Shown: one piece after another, positions 1-10,448 of the stretch | Layout of the letters: every line of letters begins with the position of its first letter | Position numbering within the stretch: position 1 is the stretch's first letter | Source of the DNA: Cetorhinus maximus | Taxonomy: Eukaryota | Reading direction: 5' to 3' | DNA length: 64,000 nt | Assembly (NCBI RefSeq): GCF_964194155.1 | Contig: NC_135897.1 | Coordinates: 48,360,001 to 48,424,000 of the forward strand | Program-made: the position numbers and the translations under genes | Notes under the pieces: generated by a model | What the model saw: only the letters and a program-made list of their open reading frames with translations | Told to the model about the DNA's origin: nothing | Databases searched by the model: none

Positions 1-2048
1 AACCAGGGCACAAAACTGGTAATATATTTGTCATCCAATTTTCATTTCCACTGATGGTACGAAAATCAGACAATGTTGATATTAAACAGATGAACTGATT
101 ACAACCTCTGCTAGAATATTAGCCATTCAGTGAAGATGAAAATTTGTCAATTTATCCTACGATCAGTCTTGTTTCTTTGATACTTGAAGTTAAATTAGTT
201 CCAGTAAATTGCAATGTGGTCATTTTAACTTTCGACAATGGCATAAAAGTGGCAGAATTAAATTAGTCCCCATAAATGCTGTCCACTTTTTGTTTCTGTT
301 GGTTATTGCATGTGATAAAAAACAGGCAGCCAATCCAATATTGTAACTTTACCCCTTAAAATTAAATCGATCCCCAGTTCCTTTAATAGTAGTTGTCGCA
401 TTTTGCATTATATATGATTAGAAACTTTGCCTTCAATGATGCAGGATGCTTGTGAAAGACAATTAACAGTATTGTGGTTTTGAATTAAGCAACAAAATGA
501 GTTTTACTTTTTGTTTTTTTCAACATTCAGTAGAGGCACAAGAGCTAAAATGCTCTTCCATTTGCAATAACCTGTTATAAATTATTTTCATTTGGAGAAT
601 TTTTTTGCATAATATTGACAGAATACATTACAATATCTTGTCTTTGCCTCTTCACATTTATTCCTCTCCTCTCCTGCAGGGATATGGGTCCAGAGTGTCT
701 CCTCGAATATTGAAAAGGCACATACAGCAGTAATTGAATGAATTTTCAATGAAGTGTTACACATATAGAGTGTCAGGAATAGGAGCTGAAATCTTAGCAG
801 CAAATATTCCAATATAAGTAGGAACTGAGCAACCTCACTTATATGTCAAATAGTGGACATTATAAATTACTTTTCATTGTTTATACTAATGCACATCATA
901 TATGGCAGGGTTGCGATATCAGTGATTTAGTTTAAGGTCCAAAATAAGACAAGAACAAACGTATTATTTTTTGAGATTATTTTAAAATATTTCTTTAGGC
1001 AGTGAGATATGAAGGTAAGATTGATTACACTATAAATTAGAAAACTTAATAAAACAAAAACAAAACAATATTGAAAGTCACCGTTTAATATGGTTGTACA
1101 GGCTTGTATAAGAAGCCTCCAAGCTGCTTGTAAACAAATACTTTAGCACTGTTGTTATTATTTGAATTAACACATCTACCACAGGATAGCAGTTCCTAAT
1201 ACTACATTCTTAACTGGATAACAAACAAGCATAATCACAGTAAAAGTTGTGCAGGCACAAAATAAATCCACAAAATTCAACTTGCATTTTTGCAGTCAAA
1301 AATCTTGACCTGCTTTTCAACGAGTCTGAATTAAAATGAGCAAAAGTTCAAAAATTAAATAAGTTCTAGTTAAATGTCAAGTTTGCTTTGACAAATCCAA
1401 TTTTGCGATGGTTGTATTGAGAAAAATAAATCCACAAAGAGAGAGATGGCACAAGCTCTCAAAGATTCTTGTGGCCCAACAGATAAGAAAGCTTTGAAAT
1501 AATCTGCTCTATTTTTCTTGGAATTTTTTATCTGTCAGACTTGCACCATGGTATAATTCATAAAATTCAACATAATTCAATTTAACAGATTATAAAGTAA
1601 TTGGTTTAAAATAAAGATTTCATAATTTTCTACTTTACACTGAACATTTTTTCTGTTCCATATGGCTATCAGAGCTTAAAATGACTTGCAATGTAAATGT
1701 AATTAAGTTTGATAACTCAAGAGACTTGTAAACAGCCTTCAGCAATATAATTAAAACTCGATAACTATCACCTGGAGTCAAAGGGTCACAATCCTTATGA
1801 ATGTGGATGAGAACTTGTGTTTCATTTGTTTGCATGCAACAAGTATGCAATGTCATAACGTAACGTGTATTAAAAACATGTTGGAATTACTGCATGCATC
1901 ATCATTGTAATAAAACTATACACAACTCTTTGGGATCTTCTCAATCCAGAAACAAAACAATCTGTTTACCAAACATTTTCATGAGGACAATGTATATCCA
2001 ATGTAACCTTGACACTGGCCCAGCCAACAGATATATCAAAAAATTATA

Positions 2049-2270
2049 AAAGCAAAATACCACGGATGCTGGAAATCTGAAACAAAAACAGAAAATGCTG
2101 GAAAAACTCAGCAGTTCTAGCAGCATCTGTGGAGAGAGAAACAGAGTTAACATTTCAAATCCGTATGACCGCTCTGAAAAACGGTCATACAGACTTGAAA
2201 CGTTAACTCTGTTTCTCTCTTCACAGATTCTGCTAGACCTGCAGAGTTTTTCCAGCATTTTCTGTTTTTG
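2049..2270. mobile_element. Non-autonomous fold-back Penelope-derived element (two inverted pLTR fragments)
   Basis: Inverted arms of ~89 bp (2083-2171 / 2182-2270) resemble the pLTR of the PLE at 5913. A 15-bp TSD tatcaaaaaattata lies at 2034-2048 and 2271-2285. The right arm has a degenerate HHR-like motif (ctgaaaaacggtcatacagacttgaaacgttaact). Confidence 0.85.
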
Positions 2271-3785
2271 TATCAAAAAATTATATTCAATTTCCTTACT
2301 GAAATATTTTGAGTAAGTTTTGCTGTCATATTGAATTATAACCACTGCTCTTTACATAATATAATTAGTCAGGAGTTGCAGCTGGAACATTAGTAAGTAC
2401 TGTAACTGCGGTGCAATGTTGCATGAAACAGTTGGGTGATACCTTGTCTACAATGACAAACAATTACATTACTTTCCCTGGGCCAAGAGAGAACAAGAGG
2501 GCTCTAAGATTCTTTCAACAGTAAGATTTCCCAGTTCATGATGTAATTGATTGCATGCATACAATATTATTTGCTCCAGCACATAAAAACCAAAAGGGTT
2601 TCTACTCAAAAGTGCAAATTGTCTGTGACCATTCTTATGGGATAATTTGGCAGTTGGTATGTTGCCTTTTTTTTAAAATCACAGTCTGTAACAACCCCAT
2701 TATTCACTACTAACCACAAAGTACAGGATTGAAGCCTTGAGAACACTGCCCAGCCACAGCACTGCGTCTACATTCCATAGACAGGTATAACAAAGTTCAT
2801 GCTTCCACCACAGCCATCATCAAATACAAAATATATAAGCAATTCCAATGCCTTAGTAAGTCAGAGACTTTCCAATACAGCCCAGCTAAAATTTCCACTA
2901 TCATTATGGTGCGGGGTGCTGCATTTACCACAACTTCACTATTCAACAAGGTATCCTCAAAAGGCATTTCATACAATTAATTGCTTTAAAGTGCAATGAT
3001 AGTTGTTAGATACTCAAAGTGAGTTGTGACTAGTGCACTGTCTATTTTCAGCATGACATCCTCAGATTTATATTCTATCTTTTGGCATTCTTGCTCAGCA
3101 TACTAGCTCAAATGAACTAATAAGTAATGAATAATAAATCACAAAGTTTTTCAGACGAGTTTGCCAATTAACTGCTCTTCTATTTGTCACACTTGTAGCA
3201 CAATTATTTGCTGACAAAAGAAAACTGAAAGTTGACTTTGGCATTTAGTCTTAGAAATGTTAATGATATAAAACTGACACAGTGCATTAAGTTCCCCACT
3301 AGTCCCATACTTGAATCATCTGAAACAGCAGCATAATGGTTACAATAATCTGCTAAATGCAGGTTCAAATCCCACTATGACAGTTTGCAACAAGACATGA
3401 AAAACATAAAGTCCATTAATATGATCCAAGAATAACTGAATACAACTTTTCTTTCTCCACTGCAATGTTTTAATGTTGACTGTAAAACACTGCTCTCTAC
3501 TTACAGTGGAATTTAGAGAAGGTATCTATGACATAGTTGCTGTGAGATTATTAATTCTTCATGACATACTTGCATTCAATGAGGCATATCTGTTTCACCA
3601 TGTAAACTATCCAACGATGGCCAATGTTTAATGACGTCTCCTACTGATACATTTTCAGGAAGTTAAACCTACTTGACTGTGACCTTTAACAGAAAACAAA
3701 AAGATCAACAGTCCAAACTGCCACTCATCTGTCACACTCCAATCATTAGATTAGCTAGTGGTCTTATCTGGTATAACATCCACCA

Positions 3786-3905
3786 GAAAGATCATTGACC
3801 TGAACAGTTAACCGTTTCTCTGTGCACAGATGCTGCCAGGCCTGCTGGGTATTTCCAGCATTTTCCATGTTTATTTCAAATTTCCAACATCTACAGTATT
3901 TTTTG
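3786..3905 (+). mobile_element. Degenerate PLE pLTR fragment
   Basis: gacctgaacagttaaccgtttctc...cagatgctgccagg...tttccagcatttt resembles the pLTR tail of the other PLE copies. Confidence 0.6.
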
Positions 3906-5943
3906 TAGTAGTTTTACTTCTTTCGCTTGTTTTCCCTTTTCTTTTTCTGAGCCTCATCTTCACATCTCTAATTTTATCTCTTCTTAATATGTATGTGAAA
4001 GAATATCCTGAAGACTACCTGTCATGTATTGTGACAAACAATGTCCATTCTTCTCACATTGGTAATATTCATAGAATATTGGATACCTCAGAATCCTGCT
4101 TCATTGAACTCTATCTAAAACCTTTGGCATAAAGCAGCTCATTGAATCTCATACTTGCAGTCATCAGGCGCTTACAAGTCATAACTGTCTTCTTGTACTT
4201 CATGTTCAGAAGGGATATTGCATCTATCCAATAATTTTCCTTTCCTTAAGATCATTATTACAAGGATAATGGTTGGTGCCACATGAATCCTCAATTGTCA
4301 CAGAGAGGCAAGATTTGAATCAATATAGTTTTCCACATAGTACCTCTCAACCAAACAATAATATAAATGCAGCTTCTCCTGGATCCACTGATTTCACAGA
4401 CACTTGAAGATTCAAATGGGTCTATCCCTGGACAGCAAGTTAACACCACAAAGAATGTAAGTATGAACTATCTCACAGGAAGATTAGGACAGAGTAATTT
4501 CTTTAAATCAGACAAAAAAGAAAATTTTCCCCAAATATTCTCAAGATGTTGTGCTCCTTCTGTTGTAATTCAGGTCTTATGCCTTATTCTTTAAGTGTGA
4601 CTGTTTCCCTGCCAAAGTTTTGGTGCCAATCTCAGGCACCGATTTTGTGTTGTCTAGCACCATGCTTGTACAATATTCAGCATTATTTCCGCTCAGTGCT
4701 GTCCCTGTTAGGAAGCTTTAAAGAAATCACTGAGTATTCAACCTCTGTAAAATGTTTCATGTTGCTGACTGACTTGTAACAGAGCTTAGGAGCTTTCCTT
4801 GAACTCTTGAGCTATGCATCAGCTCACACAATATGCTGATTGTTGTACTTGGTTATTAGATCCCAATCAATTCTTTCGTTAATACTGCCATTTATGGATT
4901 CACTTAATGGGACTGTTTTATGATAGGGTAATTTGAAATTTGTGTGTGAATTGATATAATTTTCCTAATAGGAAGCATGTGCCAAAAAGGATGTTCTAAA
5001 ATATATGTCATACGACCTGTCATTCAATGAACAAAAAACATCTCAATATAGCAACCAGAATTAGTTATTCTATTTCACCTGCACACCCAGCAGTCGTTGT
5101 TTCTGCCAGCAGTGACTAAACATGAGCCATGCATGTTTAATGTTACTACATTAAGTTATTTATTTTAGATTGATTTTATGTTTTAATGCCAAAAATTGCA
5201 AGACCATCACTGATAATAACAACCATTGGTAGCAACGTTGATTTGATGAAACAATGTGGAAATTTTACACTGATGAGTGAATGCATGGCACATTCCAAAA
5301 GTCTCGAGTCCTGTTCTGATTTCCCTGGCTGAAGGAATCACTAATTGAAGACTTCTGTAATTCCGCTGGGTGGCACATACTGAATGATTGAGATGCTGAA
5401 CTGAACAGTATGATTCAGTCAGCCCATATCGCAGAATCTTTCACACACTCCCAGCAGGCCTACTGTTATATACCTACTGCTTTGATATATTGCTCCATTA
5501 TTTAACAGTCTGAGAATAATTTAAACTTTGTTTATTAATTTGTGGCCCAAATATATTGAAAAAACTGACACACACACAAACACATCTACCTTACACATTG
5601 ATTACTGTGCACTGTGTCACATAAACTATTGCCTTCCACAAGGCTGAGTTTGGTGATGCCACTTCCCAAAATGTATTTGCACTTTGAAGTCAAAGCCAGC
5701 AACGTCCAGCCAACCACCTGCAGCAAGGATGGAGAAAGGAAAAACAAGTCCTGTCTTTCAGAAATATGTGCAATTGCTATTAAAACATATGAAAGAAAGC
5801 TTTTTGATGTGGGAGATGGGCAGAGCATTTTGAAAGATGAAATGTGTTAATAGTATGCTAGTACCAGTACAGATGGTGCAGAAATTTTGGATGCCAAAAT
5901 GTCAGAAGTCTATTTATATTTCTCCCTTGTTGAAACTATGCTG

Positions 5944-5984
5944 CAGTTCTGCCGAAGGGCCATGGAGGCTCGAAACGTTAACTG
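5944..5984 (+). ncRNA. Minimal type I hammerhead ribozyme motif in 5' pLTR (A6C core variant)
   Basis: cagtt-CTGCCGA-a-gggcc-atgga-ggctc-GAAAC-GTT-aactg. Stem I is cagtt/aactg, stem II is gggcc/ggctc, and stem III is the loopless ACGT palindrome. HHRs in PLE pLTRs are established. Confidence 0.75.
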
Positions 5985-6132
5985 ATTTCTTCTCCGCCGA
6001 TGCTGCCAGACTTGCTGAGTTTTTCCAGGTAATTCTGTTTTTGTTTTGTTTTGGATTTCCAGCATCCGCAGTAGCTTTTAGCTTTTTGTTTTTATCTTTG
6101 TGTTTGATTGACTGCCACCTCTCTTCAAAAAA

Positions 6133-8886
6133 ATGCCCTCTTGGAAGAAGTATGGCTCTGTCCTCCGACAGGATTTCCGACTGTCTCTTCTGCCCTGCTC
6201 ACCTTCATTGCTTTCCATTTCTCTCCTGGTGTTTGACAAGGTGTTTACTAAAACCCGCTTTCACAGCCATATCTCCTATCTCAGTGACTGTCTCCGTCTC
6301 CGACTCACCCCACGTGGATTTCAACTGAAATTCCATCCCTCTTGTTTCGAACCCACCCAGGATTACAGGTATCTCCGGGACATAAAACGTTTCTCGGACT
6401 GCTGTTCCTGTTGCATTCTGAGATCCACACTCAGTGCCATGCGCCGCCATATGAACACACTCGACCTCTCCCTCCAGCAGCACCGCCGCACCCTTTTTCA
6501 AAGCTGCCCGTGCCCCCAGTTTCATTTTATTCTTCACCTCATCCGTCGCCTCAACAAGAAACTTTTTCTCTTTCTCTCAAGTGCTAAGGAACGCAAGCTC
6601 CAACAACTCATCGACTCCAACACCCATCTGGGACCCTCCACCCCTGCTTGTCCCTCCGTCCTCACCCCATCTTCCAATCCCAGCCCCAGCCGCGTATTCA
6701 CTATACCCCCTGACCTTCCCCTCCCCGATGCTGAACGTTCAGTGCTCAACAAAGGACTTAGTTTCATACCCTTACGCCCTCATCTCAATGAATTTCGGGC
6801 TCGGCATGATGCTGAACTCTTCTTCCGCCGTCTCCGTCTCCGTGCTCACTTCTTTGGGCAGGAGTCCTCTCCCCGTTCAACGGATCCTTTTACCCACCTC
6901 CAATATTCTCCCTCCACTTGGACCCCTCCCTCTGGATTCTTACCTTCTCTTGATCTTTTCATTGAGAACTGTCGGCGTGACATTAGCCGTCTCAATTTCT
7001 CTGCTCCTCTCACCCATTCTAATCTGTCTCTCTCTGAACTCACTGCACTCCGTTCTCTCAGGTCCAACCCCAACATTGTCATCAAACCCGCTGACAAGGG
7101 TGGTACTGTTGTTGTCTGGTGCATTGACCTCTACCTCGCGGAGGCTGAGCGTCAACTCGCAGACGTTTCCTCCTACCTCTCCCTGGACCATGACCCCACC
7201 ACAGAACATCAAGCCATTGTTTCCAGGACTGTCACTGACCTCATCTCCTCTGGAGATCTTCCTCCCACAGCTTCCAACTTGATAGTCGCCCAACCTCGGA
7301 CGGCCCGCTTCTACCTCCTACCCAAAATCCACAAACAGAACTGTCCTGGCAGACCGATCGTGTCAGCCTGTTCCTGCCCCACGGAACTCATTTCTCGTTA
7401 TCTTGACTCCCTTCTCTCTCCCCTTGTCCAGTCCCTTCCCACCTACATCCGTGATTCCTCTGACACCTTACGTCACATCAACAATTTCCAGTTCCCTGGC
7501 CCCAACCGCTTCCTCTTCACCATGGATGTCCAATCCCTCTACACCTCCATCCCCCACCAGGATGGTCTGAGGGCCCTTAGCTTCTTCCTTGAACAGAGGC
7601 CCCAACAATCCCCATCCACCACTACTCTCCTCCGTCTGGCTGAACTTGTTCTCACACTGAACAATTTCTCCTTTAACTCCTCTCACTTCCTTCAAATAAA
7701 AGGTGTGGCTATGGGTACCCACATGGGCCCCAGCTATGCCTGTCTCTTTATGGGGTATGTGGAACATTCCTTGTTCCAGTCCTACTCCGGCCCCCTCCCA
7801 CAACTCTTTCTCCGGTACATCGATGATTACTTCGGTGCTGCTTCATGCTCTCGTCGGGACCTGGAAAAATTTATTAATTTTGCTTCCAATCTCCACCCCT
7901 CCATCATCTTCACATGGTCCATCTCTGACACTTCTCTTCCCTTCCTTGACCTCTCTGCCTCAATTTCTGATGATAGACTGTCCACCAATATCCATTACAA
8001 GCCTACCGACTCCCACAGCTACCTCGACTACAGCTCCTCACACCCCGCTTCCTGTAAAGACTCCATCCCATTCTCTCAGTTCCTTCGCCTCCGTCGCATC
8101 TGTTCTGATGACGCTACCTTCAAAAACAGCTCCTCTGACATGTCCTCCTTCTTCCTTAACCGAGGTTTTCCATCCACGGTCGTTGACAGGGCCCTCAACC
8201 GTGTCCGGCCCATATCCCGCGCATCCTCCCTCACGCCTTCTCCTCCTTCCCAGAAACATGATAGGGTCCCCCTTGTCCTCACTTATCACCCCACCAGCCT
8301 CCGCATTCAAAGGATCATCCTCCGCCATTTCCGCCAACTCCAGCATGATGCCACCACCAAACACATCTTCCCTTCACCCCCCTTGACGGCATTCCGTAGG
8401 GATCGTTCCCTCCGGGACACCCTGGTCCACTCCTCCATCACCCCCTACTCCTCAACCCCCACTTATGGCACCTCCCCATGCCCACGCAGAAGATGCAACA
8501 CCTGCCCCTTCACTTCCTCTCTCCTCACCGTCCAAGGGCCCAAACACTCCTTTCAAGTGAAGCAGCATTTCACTTGCATTTCCCCTAACTTAGTCTACTG
8601 CATTCGTTGCTCCCAATGCGGTCTCCTCTACATTGGAGAGACCAAACGCAAACTGGGCGACCGTTTTGCGGAACACCTGCGGTCTGTCCGCAAGAAAGAC
8701 CCAAACCTCCCTGTCGCTTGCCATTTTAACACTCCACCCTGTTCTCTTGCCAACGTGTCTGTCCTTGGCTTGCTGCATTGTTCCAGTGAAGCCCAACGCA
8801 AACTGGAGGAACAGCACCTCATCTTCCGACTAGGCACTTTACAGCCCTCTGGGCTGAATATTGAATTCAACAACTTCAGATCTTAA
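6133..8886 (+). CDS. PLE reverse transcriptase + GIY-YIG endonuclease (917 aa, uninterrupted)
   Basis: Motifs IKPADKGG, YLLPKIHK, PGRPIVS, MDVQSLYT, GVAMG and RYIDD (RT). A Cys-rich linker CPRRRCNTC is characteristic of the Neptune group. LVYCIRCSQCGLLYIGETKRKLGDRFAEH is the GIY-YIG domain. Confidence 0.96.
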   Translation: MPSWKKYGSVLRQDFRLSLLPCSPSLLSISLLVFDKVFTKTRFHSHISYLSDCLRLRLTPRGFQLKFHPSCFEPTQDYRYLRDIKRFSDCCSCCILRSTLSAMRRHMNTLDLSLQQHRRTLFQSCPCPQFHFILHLIRRLNKKLFLFLSSAKERKLQQLIDSNTHLGPSTPACPSVLTPSSNPSPSRVFTIPPDLPLPDAERSVLNKGLSFIPLRPHLNEFRARHDAELFFRRLRLRAHFFGQESSPRSTDPFTHLQYSPSTWTPPSGFLPSLDLFIENCRRDISRLNFSAPLTHSNLSLSELTALRSLRSNPNIVIKPADKGGTVVVWCIDLYLAEAERQLADVSSYLSLDHDPTTEHQAIVSRTVTDLISSGDLPPTASNLIVAQPRTARFYLLPKIHKQNCPGRPIVSACSCPTELISRYLDSLLSPLVQSLPTYIRDSSDTLRHINNFQFPGPNRFLFTMDVQSLYTSIPHQDGLRALSFFLEQRPQQSPSTTTLLRLAELVLTLNNFSFNSSHFLQIKGVAMGTHMGPSYACLFMGYVEHSLFQSYSGPLPQLFLRYIDDYFGAASCSRRDLEKFINFASNLHPSIIFTWSISDTSLPFLDLSASISDDRLSTNIHYKPTDSHSYLDYSSSHPASCKDSIPFSQFLRLRRICSDDATFKNSSSDMSSFFLNRGFPSTVVDRALNRVRPISRASSLTPSPPSQKHDRVPLVLTYHPTSLRIQRIILRHFRQLQHDATTKHIFPSPPLTAFRRDRSLRDTLVHSSITPYSSTPTYGTSPCPRRRCNTCPFTSSLLTVQGPKHSFQVKQHFTCISPNLVYCIRCSQCGLLYIGETKRKLGDRFAEHLRSVRKKDPNLPVACHFNTPPCSLANVSVLGLLHCSSEAQRKLEEQHLIFRLGTLQPSGLNIEFNNFRS

Positions 8887-9248
8887 ACTCCCCCTCCCCC
8901 CATCCCCACCCCATTTCTTTTCCCCCCCCACCCACTTTTTTTTCAATAATTTATATAGATTCTTCTTTCCCCACCTATTTCCATTATTTTTAAATCTAAA
9001 ACTAAAACCTTTAGTCTTTCCACCCCACCCCCACTAGAGCTGTACTTTGAATATCCTGTTTTCCATTCTTAATTAGCACTTTTCTCAGACAAAGACCACC
9101 ACCTTCAACACCTCTTTGACCCTTTTGTCTGTGACATCTTTGGATTATCTGCTCACACCACACCCTCAATGTGTCTCTTCACCCACCCCCCCCCACCCCC
9201 CCACCACCTTAAACCAATTTATATTTCTCCCTTGTTGAAACTATGCTG

Positions 9249-9289
9249 CAGTTCTGCCGAAGGGCCATGGAGGCTCGAAACGTTAACTG
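9249..9289 (+). ncRNA. Minimal type I hammerhead ribozyme motif in 3' pLTR
   Basis: Identical to 5944-5984. Confidence 0.75.
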
Positions 9290-9446
9290 ATTTCTTCTCT
9301 GCTGATGCTGCCAGACTTGCTGAGTTTTTCCAGGTAATTCTGTTTTTGTTTTGTTTTGGATTTCCAGCATCCGCAGTAGCTTTTTGTTTTTATCTTTGTG
9401 TCAGAAGTCTAAGTGTTTTAACGAGCGGCTGTCTTTCGGTCCAGAC

Positions 9447-10442
9447 AATGTTAAACCCCCAGTGCACTGCTGCAGGAATATACCAATGTTAAATCCAGTG
9501 TACCGTTGGAGGAATATACCAATATTAAACCCAGTGTACTACTGGGGCATTATGCCCAATGTTAAACCCAGTGCACTATTGGAGGAATATACCAATGTTA
9601 AACACAGTGCACTGCTGGAGGAATATACCAATGTTAAACCCAATGCACTGCTGGAGGAATATATCAATGTTAAACCCAGTGCACTGCTGGAGGAATATAT
9701 GAATGTTAAACCTAATGCATTATGGAGGAATATACCTAAAGTTAGACCTAGCACACTACTGGAGGAATATACCAATGTTAAGCCCAGTGCACTGCTGAAG
9801 GAATATACCACTGTTAAACTCAGTGCACTACTGGAGGAATATACCCAATGTTAAACCCAGTGCACTACTGGAGGAATATACCCAATGTTAAACCCAGTGC
9901 ACTGCTGGAGGAATATACCAATGTTAAACCCAGTGCACTGCTGGAGGAATATATCAATGTTAAACCTAAAGCACTATGGAGGAATATACCCAAAGTTAAA
10001 CCTAGCACACGACTGGAGGAATATACCAATGTTAAACCCAGTGCACTGCTGCTTCATTATACCCAATGTTAAGATAAAAGCAAAATACTGCAGATGCTGG
10101 AAATCTGAAATAAAAACAGAAAATGCTGCAAATGCTGGAAAAACTCAGCAGGTCTGACATCACCCTGGAGAGAGAAACACAGCTAATATTTTGAGTCCGT
10201 ATGACTCTTCTTTAGCTCTGAAGAAGTCATACGGACTCAAAACTTTAGCTCTATTTCTCTCTCCACAAAAGCTGTCAGACCTGCAGAGTTTTTCCTGCAT
10301 TTTCTGTTTTTATACCCAATGTTAAACCCAGTGCACTGCTGGAGGAATATACCCAATGTTAAATCCAGTGCACTACTGCAGCATTATACCCAAGGTTAAA
10401 CCCAGTGCACTGCTGGAGGAATATACCAATGTTAAACCCAGT
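9447..10442. repeat. 36-37 bp minisatellite (~21 units), interrupted by a PLE-derived insertion
   Basis: Head-to-tail unit AATGTTAAACCCAGTGCACTGCTGGAGGAATATACC with internal palindrome CAGTGCACTG and no spacers. Confidence 0.95.
10073..10309. mobile_element. Fold-back Penelope-derived element inserted in the minisatellite
   Basis: Inverted pLTR arms of ~80 bp centred near 10215. Flanking repeat ttatacccaatgttaa at 10057-10072 and 10310-10325 is TSD-like, though it is also array sequence. Degenerate HHR motif ctgaagaagtcatacggactcaaaac. Confidence 0.85.
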
Positions 10443-10448
10443 GATGCA

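Larger units (their letters stand above)
5913..9398 (+). mobile_element. Full-length Penelope-like retroelement (Neptune-type) with direct pseudo-LTRs
   Basis: Near-identical ~190-bp direct repeats (5912-6102, 9217-9400) flank a single ORF. A 13-bp TSD tgtcagaagtcta lies at 5900-5912 and 9399-9411. Confidence 0.95.

Noticed and set aside
1941-2345. Similar ORFs on both strands
   Set aside because: Artefact of the fold-back pLTR element.
6029-6062. GT...AG mini-intron in the pLTR
   Set aside because: About 34 nt, too short for a typical vertebrate intron, and there is no supporting evidence.
5837-6328. 163-aa ORF overlapping the PLE start, and its copy at 9169-9492
   Set aside because: It starts outside the TSD and reads through pLTR sequence; no domain recognised.
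6205-8873. Many overlapping alternative-frame ORFs within the PLE
   Set aside because: Expected from the C-rich, stop-poor composition; no recognisable motifs.
9351-10157. Repeat-protein ORFs (NVKPSALLEEYT)n
   Set aside because: By-product of a 36-bp unit; the frame breaks at 37-bp units.
9447-10442. CRISPR array (36-bp partly palindromic repeat)
   Set aside because: Units are head-to-tail with no unique spacers, there are no cas genes, and the context is eukaryotic.
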